From positions 1-32,336 of the IMG/VR virus record IMGVR_UViG_2974787824_000001: a stretch of 32,336 bases of DNA. One strand, 5' to 3'. Below the pieces are notes generated by a model. That model did no database searches and was not told the origin of the DNA. It saw only the letters and a program-made list of their open reading frames with translations. The translations under genes and the position numbers were made by a program. This document shows positions 9,415 to 17,757 of the stretch, piece after piece; the first letter of the stretch is position 1; each line of letters begins with the position of its first letter. Source of the stretch: a virus. Lineage: Duplodnaviria; Heunggongvirae; Uroviricota; Caudoviricetes; Peduoviridae.

Positions 9415-10200
9415 TTATGAGTGGTTTTTATTTGATGATTTGTATTCTACAACTTTTTTATTGGCGTAAAGGAATTTTGTATATGACAGAAGTATAACCA
9501 GACCTGAAGTGAAATAGACGAGGGATATTATTAATAATGTTTTTCTGTGGCTGTTATTATCTTTAATCTCCTGACTTAACCATTCGGAGTCCTCCTCGTT
9601 TAGCTGTAAGAGCTTATTGCAGGCGATTGCAGGAAGTGTGTCTGTTACAAAAGTGTTCTGCAGTCTCTTGCAATCGGCAATGCTAAAAGCTTTATAGAAC
9701 TTATCTGTTTTATTGTCGGAGAACAAAAGAACCTTGTCATTATAAACATGGTACATCATATTTTTATATGGTATGGCTATAGCATCCTCTACTATGGCAG
9801 ATTGCTCGTTGTGTATGCAACATGCGAAGGTAATATAAAGAATTCCGGCCAGGACTGCACTCATTGTTTTTGTGATGCATGGCGGTTCTGTTATGTCTCC
9901 CCAGAAGCGAGTAAGGAAAAAATCCGATGTTTTTAGTTTTCCATCAATCAACCCCTGCTGTATCATTTTCACATCTTTGATGCCTGATACATTGATTCCG
10001 TTAATTATTTTAAATAGTTGAATGTCGCGCCACTCGCGGTCCAGTCTTTTTAATTTTTTATCTGAATATCCAAATTTGAAATAATGTGCAATAAGCCTCA
10101 TAAGGTTACTTTTACCAAAGCTAAAAAATGCTAATACTACAAAGACCAAAAGATACAAGACGATTAGCTCCCACACATTAGTCACATTATAGCTGACCAT
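9415..10200 (-). CDS. Hypothetical membrane protein; AT-rich moron at the S/V (P2 orf30) position
   Basis: 261-aa leftward ORF between S and V. Hydrophobic stretches near the N-terminus (LIVLYLLVFVVLAFFSF), middle (MSAVLAGILYITFACCI) and C-terminus (TLLIISLVYFTSGLVILLSY). Visibly AT-rich with A/T-ending codons, unlike neighbours. No motif recognised. Confidence 0.7.
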   Translation of the reverse strand: MVSYNVTNVWELIVLYLLVFVVLAFFSFGKSNLMRLIAHYFKFGYSDKKLKRLDREWRDIQLFKIINGINVSGIKDVKMIQQGLIDGKLKTSDFFLTRFWGDITEPPCITKTMSAVLAGILYITFACCIHNEQSAIVEDAIAIPYKNMMYHVYNDKVLLFSDNKTDKFYKAFSIADCKRLQNTFVTDTLPAIACNKLLQLNEEDSEWLSQEIKDNNSHRKTLLIISLVYFTSGLVILLSYTKFLYANKKVVEYKSSNKNHS

Positions 10201-10283
10201 TACGCTCTCCTTGAATGTTGTCTGGTGGTTCTACAAATGAATCCAGATAGCATAACTTTTATATATTGTGCAATCTCACATGC

Positions 10284-10919
10284 ATGAACACTCTCGCAAA
10301 TATTCAGGAACTCGCGCGCGCACTGCGCAACATGATTCGTACTGGCCTTGTCGTCGAAACCGACCTTAACGCCGGTCGCTGCCGTGTGCAGACCGGCGGC
10401 ATGTGCACCGACTGGCTTCAGTGGCTGACACATCGTGCCGGGCGTTCGCGCACATGGTGGGCACCTTCCGTGGGGGAACAGGTGCTGATTCTGGCCGTGG
10501 GCGGTGAACTCGACACGGCGTTCGTTCTGCCGGGGATTTATTCCGGCGATAACCCCGCGCCGTCTGCGTCGGCGGATGCCCTGCACATACGTTTCCCTGA
10601 CGGGGCGGTGATTGAGTATGAACCTGAAACCAGTGCACTGATGGTAAGCGGAATTAAAACGGCCAGCGTGACGGCTTCTGATTCTGTTACCGCCACGGTG
10701 CCGGTAGTCATGGTGAAAGCGTCAACCCGCATCACCCTGGACACCCCGGAGGTGGTCTGCACCAACAGACTGATTACCGGCACGCTGGAAGTACAGAAGG
10801 GCGGGACGATGCGCGGCAACATTGAACACACCGGCGGTGAACTCTCATCAAACGGTAAGGTACTGCATACCCATAAACACCCCGGCGACAGCGGCGGCAC
10901 AACCGGGGGACCTCTATGA
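10284..10919 (+). CDS. V: Baseplate spike / assembly protein (P2 gpV-like)
   Basis: Start at the internal Met (MNTLANIQELARALRNMIRTG...) gives about 211 aa; sequence recognised as P2 V. Confidence 0.9.
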   Translation: MNTLANIQELARALRNMIRTGLVVETDLNAGRCRVQTGGMCTDWLQWLTHRAGRSRTWWAPSVGEQVLILAVGGELDTAFVLPGIYSGDNPAPSASADALHIRFPDGAVIEYEPETSALMVSGIKTASVTASDSVTATVPVVMVKASTRITLDTPEVVCTNRLITGTLEVQKGGTMRGNIEHTGGELSSNGKVLHTHKHPGDSGGTTGGPL

Positions 10920-11263
10920 CTGCGCGTTATCTCGGAATGAATCGCAGTGATGGCCTGACTGTCACTGACCTTGAGCATATCAGCCAGAGTATCGGCGATA
11001 TCCTGCGCACACCGGTCGGCTCGCGGGTGATGCGTCGTGATTACGGCTCGTTGCTGGCGTCAATGATTGACCAGCCGCAGACTCCGGCGCTTGAGTTGCA
11101 GATTAAGGTCGCCTGTTACATGGCGGTGCTGAAATGGGAACCCCGCGTCACCCTGTCATCCGTCACCACTGAGCGCAGTTTTGACGGGCGAATGACGGTC
11201 ACGTTAACCGGCCAGCACAACGACACCGGCCAGCCACTTTCGTTAACCATTCCTGTGAGTTGA
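10916..11263 (+). CDS. W: Baseplate wedge protein (P2 gpW-like, T4 gp25-like)
   Basis: 115-aa ORF overlapping the V stop; sequence as in P2 W. Confidence 0.9.
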   Translation: MTARYLGMNRSDGLTVTDLEHISQSIGDILRTPVGSRVMRRDYGSLLASMIDQPQTPALELQIKVACYMAVLKWEPRVTLSSVTTERSFDGRMTVTLTGQHNDTGQPLSLTIPVS

Positions 11264-11267
11264 AACC

Positions 11268-12176
11268 ATGCCGATTATCGACCTGAACCAGCTACCCGCA
11301 CCGGATGTGGTCGAGGAGCTGGACTTTGAAACCATTCTCGCCGAACGCAAGGCGACACTGATTTCCCTTTACCCGGAAGACCAGCAGGAGGCGGTCGCCC
11401 GTACCCTGACGCTGGAATCCGAGCCTCTCGTCAAACTGCTGGAGGAAAATGCTTATCGTGAGCTTATCTGGCGTCAGCGTGTGAATGAGGCCGCACGGGC
11501 GGTGATGCTGGCCTGTGCCGCGGGTAATGACCTTGATGTGATTGGTGCCAATTACAACACCACGCGTCTGACTATCACCCCGGCAGATGATTTGACTATC
11601 CCGCCGACACCGGCAGTGATGGAGTCTGACACCGATTATCGTCTGCGTATTCAGCAGGCGTTTGAAGGCTTAAGCGTCGCCGGGTCGGTGGGAGCCTATC
11701 AGTATCATGGTCGCAGTGCCGACGGGCGTGTCGCGGATATCTCTGTCACCAGTCCGTCTCCGGCCTGTGTCACCATCTCTGTGCTGTCACGTGAAAATAA
11801 CGGTGTGGCATCTGAAGACCTGCTGGCTGTGGTGCGCAACGCCCTGAATGGCGAGGACGTCAGACCGGTGGCCGACCGTGTGACCGTGCAGTCTGCCGCC
11901 ATCGTTGAATACCAGATAAATGCCACGCTTTACCTTTACCCTGGCCCCGAAAGCGAACCCATTCGCGCTGCCGCCGTGAAAAAACTGGAAGCGTATATCA
12001 CGGCACAGCACCGGCTGGGGCGCGACATCCGTCTGTCTGCCATTTATGCCGCTTTGCATGTGGAAGGTGTGCAGCGTGTCGAACTGGCTGCACCACTGGC
12101 CGACATCGTGCTCAACAGTACGCAGGCGTCTTTCTGTACCGAATACCGCGTCGTGACCGGAGGCTCGGATGAGTGA
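11268..12176 (+). CDS. J: Baseplate assembly protein (P2 gpJ-like)
   Basis: 302-aa ORF; sequence and order as in P2 J. Confidence 0.9.
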   Translation: MPIIDLNQLPAPDVVEELDFETILAERKATLISLYPEDQQEAVARTLTLESEPLVKLLEENAYRELIWRQRVNEAARAVMLACAAGNDLDVIGANYNTTRLTITPADDLTIPPTPAVMESDTDYRLRIQQAFEGLSVAGSVGAYQYHGRSADGRVADISVTSPSPACVTISVLSRENNGVASEDLLAVVRNALNGEDVRPVADRVTVQSAAIVEYQINATLYLYPGPESEPIRAAAVKKLEAYITAQHRLGRDIRLSAIYAALHVEGVQRVELAAPLADIVLNSTQASFCTEYRVVTGGSDE

Positions 12177-12699
12177 TTCGCGACTGCTGCCGACCGGCTC
12201 ATCACCGCTTGAGGTCGCCGCCGCAAAAGCCTGTGCGGAAATTGAAAAAACGCCGGTCAGTATTCGTGAGCTGTGGAACCCGGACACCTGTCCGGCAAAT
12301 CTGCTGCCGTGGCTGGCGTGGGCGTTTTCGGTCGACAGGTGGGATGAAAAGTGGCCGGAAGCGACAAAACGCGCCGTTATCCGCGATGCGTATTTCATCC
12401 ACTGTCATAAAGGCACAATAGGTGCAATCCGGCGTGTGGTGGAGCCGCTCGGCTATCTCATCAACGTGACGGAGTGGTGGGAAAACAGTGACCCACCTGG
12501 CACCTTCCGGCTTGATATTGGTGTACTGGAAAGCGGCATCACAGAGGCAATGTATCAGGAAATGGAACGGCTGATTGCTGATGCCAAACCTGCAAGCCGC
12601 CACCTTATTGGCCTGAACATTACCCGGGACATTCCCGGCTACCTGTTCGCCGGTGGTGTGGCTTACGACGGCGATGTAATTACGGTTTACCACGGATAA
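12169..12699 (+). CDS. I: Baseplate protein (P2 gpI-like)
   Basis: 176-aa ORF overlapping the J stop; sequence as in P2 I. Confidence 0.88.
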   Translation: MSDSRLLPTGSSPLEVAAAKACAEIEKTPVSIRELWNPDTCPANLLPWLAWAFSVDRWDEKWPEATKRAVIRDAYFIHCHKGTIGAIRRVVEPLGYLINVTEWWENSDPPGTFRLDIGVLESGITEAMYQEMERLIADAKPASRHLIGLNITRDIPGYLFAGGVAYDGDVITVYHG

Positions 12700-12709
12700 G
12701 TGAGGAATA

Positions 12710-15004
12710 ATGAGCACAAAATTCAGAACCGTTATCACCACTGCCGGTGCAGCAAAGCTGGCAGCGGCAACCGCACCGGGAGGGCGGAAGGTCAACATTA
12801 CCACGATGGCCGTCGGGGATGGCGGTGGTAAATTGCCTGTCCCGGATGCCGGACAGACCGGGCTTATCCACGAAGTCTGGCGACATGCGCTGAACAAAAT
12901 CAGCCAGGACAAACGAAACAGTAATTATATTATCGCAGAGCTGGTTATTCCGCCGGAGGTGGGCGGTTTCTGGATGCGTGAGCTTGGCCTGTACGATGAT
13001 GCGGGAACGTTAATTGCTGTGGCGAACATGGCCGAAAGTTATAAGCCAGCTCTTGCCGAAGGCTCAGGGCGTTCGCAGACCTGCCGCATGGTCATTATCG
13101 TCAGCAGTGTGGCCTCAGTGGAGCTGACCATTGACACCACAACGGTGATGGCGACGCAGGATTACGTTGATGACAAAATTGCAGAACATGAACAGTCACG
13201 ACGTCACCCGGACGCCTCGCTGACCGCAAAAGGTTTTACTCAGTTAAGCAGTGCGACCAACAGCACGTCTGAAACACTGGCTGCAACGCCAAAGGCGGTA
13301 AAGGCCGCATATGACCTTGCTAACGGGAAATATACCGCACAGGACGCCACCACAGCACGAAAAGGCCTTGTCCAGCTCAGTAGTGCCACCAACAGCACGT
13401 CTGAAACGCTCGCCGCAACACCAAAAGCGGTAAAAGCAGCATATGACCTTGCTAACGGGAAATATACCGCACAGGACGCCACCACAGCGCGAAAAGGCCT
13501 TGTTCAGCTCAGTAGCGCCACCAACAGCGATTCTGAAACGCTGGCCGCAACGCCAAAGGCGGTAAAGGTCGCGTATGACCTTGCTAACGGGAAATACACT
13601 GCACAGGATGCCACCACCGCGCGAAAAGGTCTTGTCCAGCTCAGTAGCGCCACCAACAGTGATTCTGAAACACTGGCCGCAACACCAAAAGCGGTGAAGT
13701 CTGCCTATGACAATGCTGAAAAACGTCTTCAGAAAGATCAGAACGGTGCGGATATTCCGGGAAAGGATACCTTCACGAAAAATATCGGTGCCTGTCGTGC
13801 TTATAGCGGCGCTTTGAGCACTGAAGCCGGAAACTGGACAACCGCTCAGTTTATTGAATGGCTGGATTCCCGTGGTGCATTTAATCATCCGTACTGGATG
13901 TGCAAAGGCTCCTGGTCATATGCAAATAACAAAATCATTACGGATACCGGATGTGGTGATATCCACCTGGCTGGTTGTGTCGTCGAGGTCATGGGAACAA
14001 AATCTGCAATCACTATTCGAGTGACCACGCCGACAACATCAAGCGGTGGCGGTACAACCAGCGCGCAATTCACTTACATTAATCATGGGGACGGCTACTC
14101 CCCCGGCTGGCGTCGTGACTGGAATCGTCAGGGCGACGCAATGACCGGAACGATTAATCAGGATGGCGGAAGCCAGAATGCCTATATGTCTACGGCCTTA
14201 TGTTCAGGCACCAGAGGCGGCAAAAAATATCTCAGAAAGTTTCGTGGTGGAGAAGGAGACACTATCTGGCATGAAACAGTGCAGGGCGGGGTAATTCGCT
14301 GGGCGACAGGAAACTATGACGCTCAGGAAGAATTATCACTCAGCTCCGCTTATGGTCTCCGTTCTAGAGGTGAAATTACATCACTCAGTGCTAATGGTCT
14401 GCGCATTGCTTATGGCAATTATGGATTCTTTATCAGGAATGATGGTGGCAGCACATATTTAATGCTGACGGCCTCTGGTGATAAATTTGGGACATGGAAC
14501 GGTTTAAGGCCGCTGACTATCAATAACGCTAATGGCGGAGTGTCAATGGGGCATGGCCTGAGTGTTACTGGTGATATTGCCTCAAGTACCAAAGTACGTG
14601 CCGGTAGCGGGAAAAAATTCACGGTCAGCAGCAGTAATACATCCACGAAGGAAGCCGCATTCAATTTGTGGGGAAACTCAAGTCGTCCGGTGGTGGCTGA
14701 ATTAGGTGATGATGCAGGCTGGCATTTTTACAGTCAGAGAAATACAGATAACAGCATCACTTTTGCTGTTAACGGTCAGGTATCACCATCTAACTATAGT
14801 AATTTTGATTCCCGTTATGTACGCGATATCCGGCTTGGGACTCGAGTTGTCCAGACCATGCAGAAAGGGGTGATGTATGAGAAAGCAGGGCACGTAATTA
14901 CCGGGCTTGGTATTGTCGGTGAAGTCGATGGTGATGATCCCGCAGTATTCAGACCAATACAAAAATACATCAATGGCACATGGTATAACGTCGCACAGGT
15001 GTAA
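12710..15004 (+). CDS. H: Tail fibre protein (P2 gpH-like) with expanded internal repeats and a divergent C-terminal receptor-binding region
   Basis: 764-aa ORF; conserved P2-like N-terminus (MSTKFRTVITTAGAAKLAAA...), internal 44-aa repeats, AT-richer C-terminal half. Longer than the roughly 669 aa I recall for P2 H. Confidence 0.88.
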   Translation: MSTKFRTVITTAGAAKLAAATAPGGRKVNITTMAVGDGGGKLPVPDAGQTGLIHEVWRHALNKISQDKRNSNYIIAELVIPPEVGGFWMRELGLYDDAGTLIAVANMAESYKPALAEGSGRSQTCRMVIIVSSVASVELTIDTTTVMATQDYVDDKIAEHEQSRRHPDASLTAKGFTQLSSATNSTSETLAATPKAVKAAYDLANGKYTAQDATTARKGLVQLSSATNSTSETLAATPKAVKAAYDLANGKYTAQDATTARKGLVQLSSATNSDSETLAATPKAVKVAYDLANGKYTAQDATTARKGLVQLSSATNSDSETLAATPKAVKSAYDNAEKRLQKDQNGADIPGKDTFTKNIGACRAYSGALSTEAGNWTTAQFIEWLDSRGAFNHPYWMCKGSWSYANNKIITDTGCGDIHLAGCVVEVMGTKSAITIRVTTPTTSSGGGTTSAQFTYINHGDGYSPGWRRDWNRQGDAMTGTINQDGGSQNAYMSTALCSGTRGGKKYLRKFRGGEGDTIWHETVQGGVIRWATGNYDAQEELSLSSAYGLRSRGEITSLSANGLRIAYGNYGFFIRNDGGSTYLMLTASGDKFGTWNGLRPLTINNANGGVSMGHGLSVTGDIASSTKVRAGSGKKFTVSSSNTSTKEAAFNLWGNSSRPVVAELGDDAGWHFYSQRNTDNSITFAVNGQVSPSNYSNFDSRYVRDIRLGTRVVQTMQKGVMYEKAGHVITGLGIVGEVDGDDPAVFRPIQKYINGTWYNVAQV
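13229..13711 (+). repeat. About 3.7 tandem copies of a 132-bp (44-aa) in-frame repeat inside H
   Basis: Repeat unit KG(F/L)(T/V)QLSSATNS(T/D)SETLAATPKAVK(A/V/S)AYDLANGKYTAQDATTAR, with copies starting at 13229, 13361, 13493 and 13625 (last one partial). Confidence 0.9.
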
Positions 15005-15007
15005 TTT

Positions 15008-15532
15008 ATGCAGCATTTAAAAAATATTACTGCGGGTAATCCAAAAACTGTTGCCCAATATCAACTGACAAAAAATTTTGATGTTATCTGGTTATGGTCC
15101 GAAGAGGGAAAAAACTGGTATGAGGAAGTAAGTAATTTTCAGGAAGACACGATAAAGATTGTTTACGACGAGAATAATATAATTGTCGGCATCACCAGAG
15201 ATGCTTCAACGCTTAACCCTGAAGGTTTTAGCGTTGTCGAGGTTCCTGATATTACCGCCAACCGACGTGCGGATGACTCAGGTAAATGGATGTTTAAGGA
15301 TGGTGCCGTGATTAAGCGGATTTATACGACAGACGAACAGCAGCAACTGGCAGAATCACAAAAGGCAACTTTACTTTCCGAAGCTGAATCCGTGATTTTG
15401 CCGCTGGAGCGCGCTGTCAGGCTGAATATGGCAACAGATGAGGAGCGCAGCCGACTGGAAGCATGGGAACGCTACAGCGTTCTGGTCAGTCGGGTGGATC
15501 CTGCAAATCCCGAATGGCCGGAAATGCCGTAA
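15008..15532 (+). CDS. G: Tail fibre assembly chaperone (P2 gpG-like)
   Basis: 174-aa ORF immediately after H; resembles the tail fibre assembly protein family of P2 and relatives, with the usual variable region. Confidence 0.8.
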   Translation: MQHLKNITAGNPKTVAQYQLTKNFDVIWLWSEEGKNWYEEVSNFQEDTIKIVYDENNIIVGITRDASTLNPEGFSVVEVPDITANRRADDSGKWMFKDGAVIKRIYTTDEQQQLAESQKATLLSEAESVILPLERAVRLNMATDEERSRLEAWERYSVLVSRVDPANPEWPEMP

Positions 15533-15933
15533 TAAGTTGTATGATCTCTGGTGTGAGCTTACATATCTATAGCACAGAGTAAAGCCTAATCTGACAGTCC
15601 GCTATGTGCCAAGAGCGGACGTTGGTATGCAAGAGCCCTCCAAAAGTTGATGGTTGGTTTGCAGGGGGGCTTAAAGAAACTACACTTATCAAGTTGAAGT
15701 TCTGTATTCAGCGAAATCGTAGCACTCTGACGATAAGTAACTCCGGTACCCCGCTCTTCGATGAAGAACCAGAGTAATCCCCCCGAAAAACCAGCGCATC
15801 AAAATTGGATCTTCAGCGGTAGCTTATCGGCTATCGGAAGTACAGGTGTGAATTCGTGGTGAATTGCTTTGATAATAAACGATTAATACGGAAAAACGCA
15901 TTAATCATTTATTAGCTTTTAGTAAACCACAAT

Positions 15934-17283
15934 TTATTCCGTTTTATATATCATAGTAGTCGATTGGAGAATATAGTTTCTGGGAATGTATTCTTCAAAG
16001 TGTTCGTCCTTTTTAAATACATGAACTACATTTGGGAATAATTGATAGTCAACAGGGTGTATAGCGTTTGGATTATGGTACATGTATATGGCTGTACACC
16101 ATGGTTCTTGATAGTTAGGGTCACTTACATCGGCTGAAAATGGATGTGGGTCTGCATCCTGATCAGTTTTAACACCACTGACGTACACTTTGAATCCACT
16201 CGCCTCTACACCTGCAAGAATTCCCATCCGGTTAAACTTAGGTATGGTTGCTTGAGTAGTGAGTAAAACGGCAGAAACATAATTATTTTGTTCTGAGCCA
16301 AAAAAGTTCGACTTGATACTTCTATTTTCATCTGTATGTCTTTCAATAGAAATGCCTGACTCAATATCAATCCCGTACAAATAGCTATGCAAGGCTTCGC
16401 TTGAGAAGGCCATGGACATTCTTTTTGAATAATCCTGCATTGCTATGACAAATGGTTTGTTCTTTGTATGGTTGAGTTCCCAGTAATGAACTTTCTCTGG
16501 CTCAGGGCAATGCCGGACTTTTTTTAATAAACTTCTTGCAAACTTAAAAGGCATGACATTTAGAACATGTTTTCTTAATTCATCCATCTGCTCATCGTTA
16601 ATGACTTTTCTTTCAAGAGGGGCTTCTGCTTCAGCAATGCTTACAGCCTCTACAGCAATTTCCACTCCAAATTTAGATAGCAGAAAATCTGGTTGATTGT
16701 ATTCTCTATTCATTTCAAAGTCGAGTTCATAAAATACAGCGTTCAAATATAATTCAAATAGCCTTGAATTAAATGCATCACTTTGAAAATCCCTTATAAA
16801 TATTCCATCAGGATCTTTGAACCAGTATGCAAGTTCCTCAAGAACAATATATGCAGGGAAATGAAGAGGGTCTTCGAGGAGCATTTTTATATAAACATTC
16901 CTTTTTTTCTCTGGGACTTTACTCAAGAATAATGAAAAAGGTTTGGTTGATTCATCGCCTTGCATGAATGTACCGTTTTGGTGCTGCGCCAGCATCTTTG
17001 GTATGTCATCGTTTAAATTATTAAGCAAGACATCCATTGAGTCAAATGAAGCCAAGACGTTTATTGCTCTGAATTTTTTATCTAAATCCCGACCCAATAC
17101 TATTGCGTTAAAATCTTTATCAATATTGCATATGATTATTGTGGATAACAATGTTATCCCATTCCCCTCATATTTAAACCAGCGTATCTCCTCAGAAAAT
17201 GTCTTAAGGTAAGGTGAGCGACCGTAAAAATAAATATCAAATTGTTCTTTGCTGATCTCACTGAAGTGTAATCCTGCGTTCAT
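15934..17283 (-). CDS. Hypothetical protein; AT-rich cargo gene at the G/FI (Z/fun) position - candidate anti-phage defence protein
   Basis: 449-aa leftward ORF interrupting rightward late genes, flanked by about 400 bp and 470 bp of non-coding DNA; AT-rich. No Walker A, HUH, reverse-transcriptase or obvious nuclease motif seen by eye. Confidence 0.75.
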   Translation of the reverse strand: MNAGLHFSEISKEQFDIYFYGRSPYLKTFSEEIRWFKYEGNGITLLSTIIICNIDKDFNAIVLGRDLDKKFRAINVLASFDSMDVLLNNLNDDIPKMLAQHQNGTFMQGDESTKPFSLFLSKVPEKKRNVYIKMLLEDPLHFPAYIVLEELAYWFKDPDGIFIRDFQSDAFNSRLFELYLNAVFYELDFEMNREYNQPDFLLSKFGVEIAVEAVSIAEAEAPLERKVINDEQMDELRKHVLNVMPFKFARSLLKKVRHCPEPEKVHYWELNHTKNKPFVIAMQDYSKRMSMAFSSEALHSYLYGIDIESGISIERHTDENRSIKSNFFGSEQNNYVSAVLLTTQATIPKFNRMGILAGVEASGFKVYVSGVKTDQDADPHPFSADVSDPNYQEPWCTAIYMYHNPNAIHPVDYQLFPNVVHVFKKDEHFEEYIPRNYILQSTTMIYKTE

Positions 17284-17405
17284 ACCAATTCCTTTTCAAT
17301 GAATAATTGGCCTTTAGGAGTGATTCCCTTTGTCTTTAATTCAGTTCTAACTAGTTCTTTAATCCAATAGCCTAAGCTCATCATGCAGTTGGATCATAAG
17401 ACAAC

Positions 17406-17434
17406 GCCCTATAGTGCTCGTGATACTATAGGGC
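17406..17434. promoter_or_regulatory. Palindromic hairpin upstream of the 449-aa cargo gene (candidate operator or insulator)
   Basis: Perfect 10-bp inverted repeat GCCCTATAGT (17406-17415) / ACTATAGGGC (17425-17434) with a 9-nt loop, about 120 bp upstream of the cargo start on the minus strand; no flanking T-run. Confidence 0.35.
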
Positions 17435-17665
17435 ATCTGACCACACTGTTAACTGGAGTAACGACTATGGCAGGAATATAGCATAACCAAACTCACTCCA
17501 AACTTACATAGCGCTTTCTGGCCGTGAGCATAACAAGGCCCACTCCTCGCTCAAAGCAGACTGTCAGATTTGATAGCGTTTTGGCTATGTAAATTGTCAG
17601 TCGGGAAATAAGTGAGTGCAAATCAGGACAGGCGAGCGAATTGCCCGCCTTTTCTTTACCGGTGG

Positions 17666-17695
17666 TTGTGCTGTCGATTAGCCAACCGGGACAAA
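17666..17695 (+). promoter_or_regulatory. Candidate late-promoter activator element upstream of FI
   Basis: TTGTGCTGTCGATTAGCCAACCGGGACAAA, about 63 nt upstream of the FI start; shares TTGTG-N5-GAT-N-AGCCA-N-CCGGGAC with the element upstream of O. Confidence 0.45.
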
Positions 17696-17757
17696 TAGTC
17701 TGACATCTCGGGTACAACTGAAAATACCACTCACCCATTAACCACGGAGTTAAACGG

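Noticed and set aside
10201-10283. TGT-N11-ACA-like dyad upstream of V as a late promoter
   Set aside because: It does not share the motif found upstream of O and FI and the spacing is off by one from the canonical dyad as I remember it; too weak to annotate.
13240-13888. Minus-strand ORFs of 81 and 214 aa inside H
   Set aside because: They coincide exactly with the 132-bp tandem repeat region, where the repeats create artefactual open frames on the opposite strand.
17493-17738. 81-aa minus-strand ORF upstream of FI
   Set aside because: It overlaps the putative FI late-promoter element and the terminator-like hairpin and has no start context; more likely a regulatory spacer than a gene.
15533-17757. 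Possibility that the G/FI island is a retron or another reverse-transcriptase-based system
   Set aside because: The 449-aa protein has no reverse-transcriptase signature (no YxDD-type motif), and the flanking non-coding DNA lacks long flanking inverted repeats typical of msr/msd.
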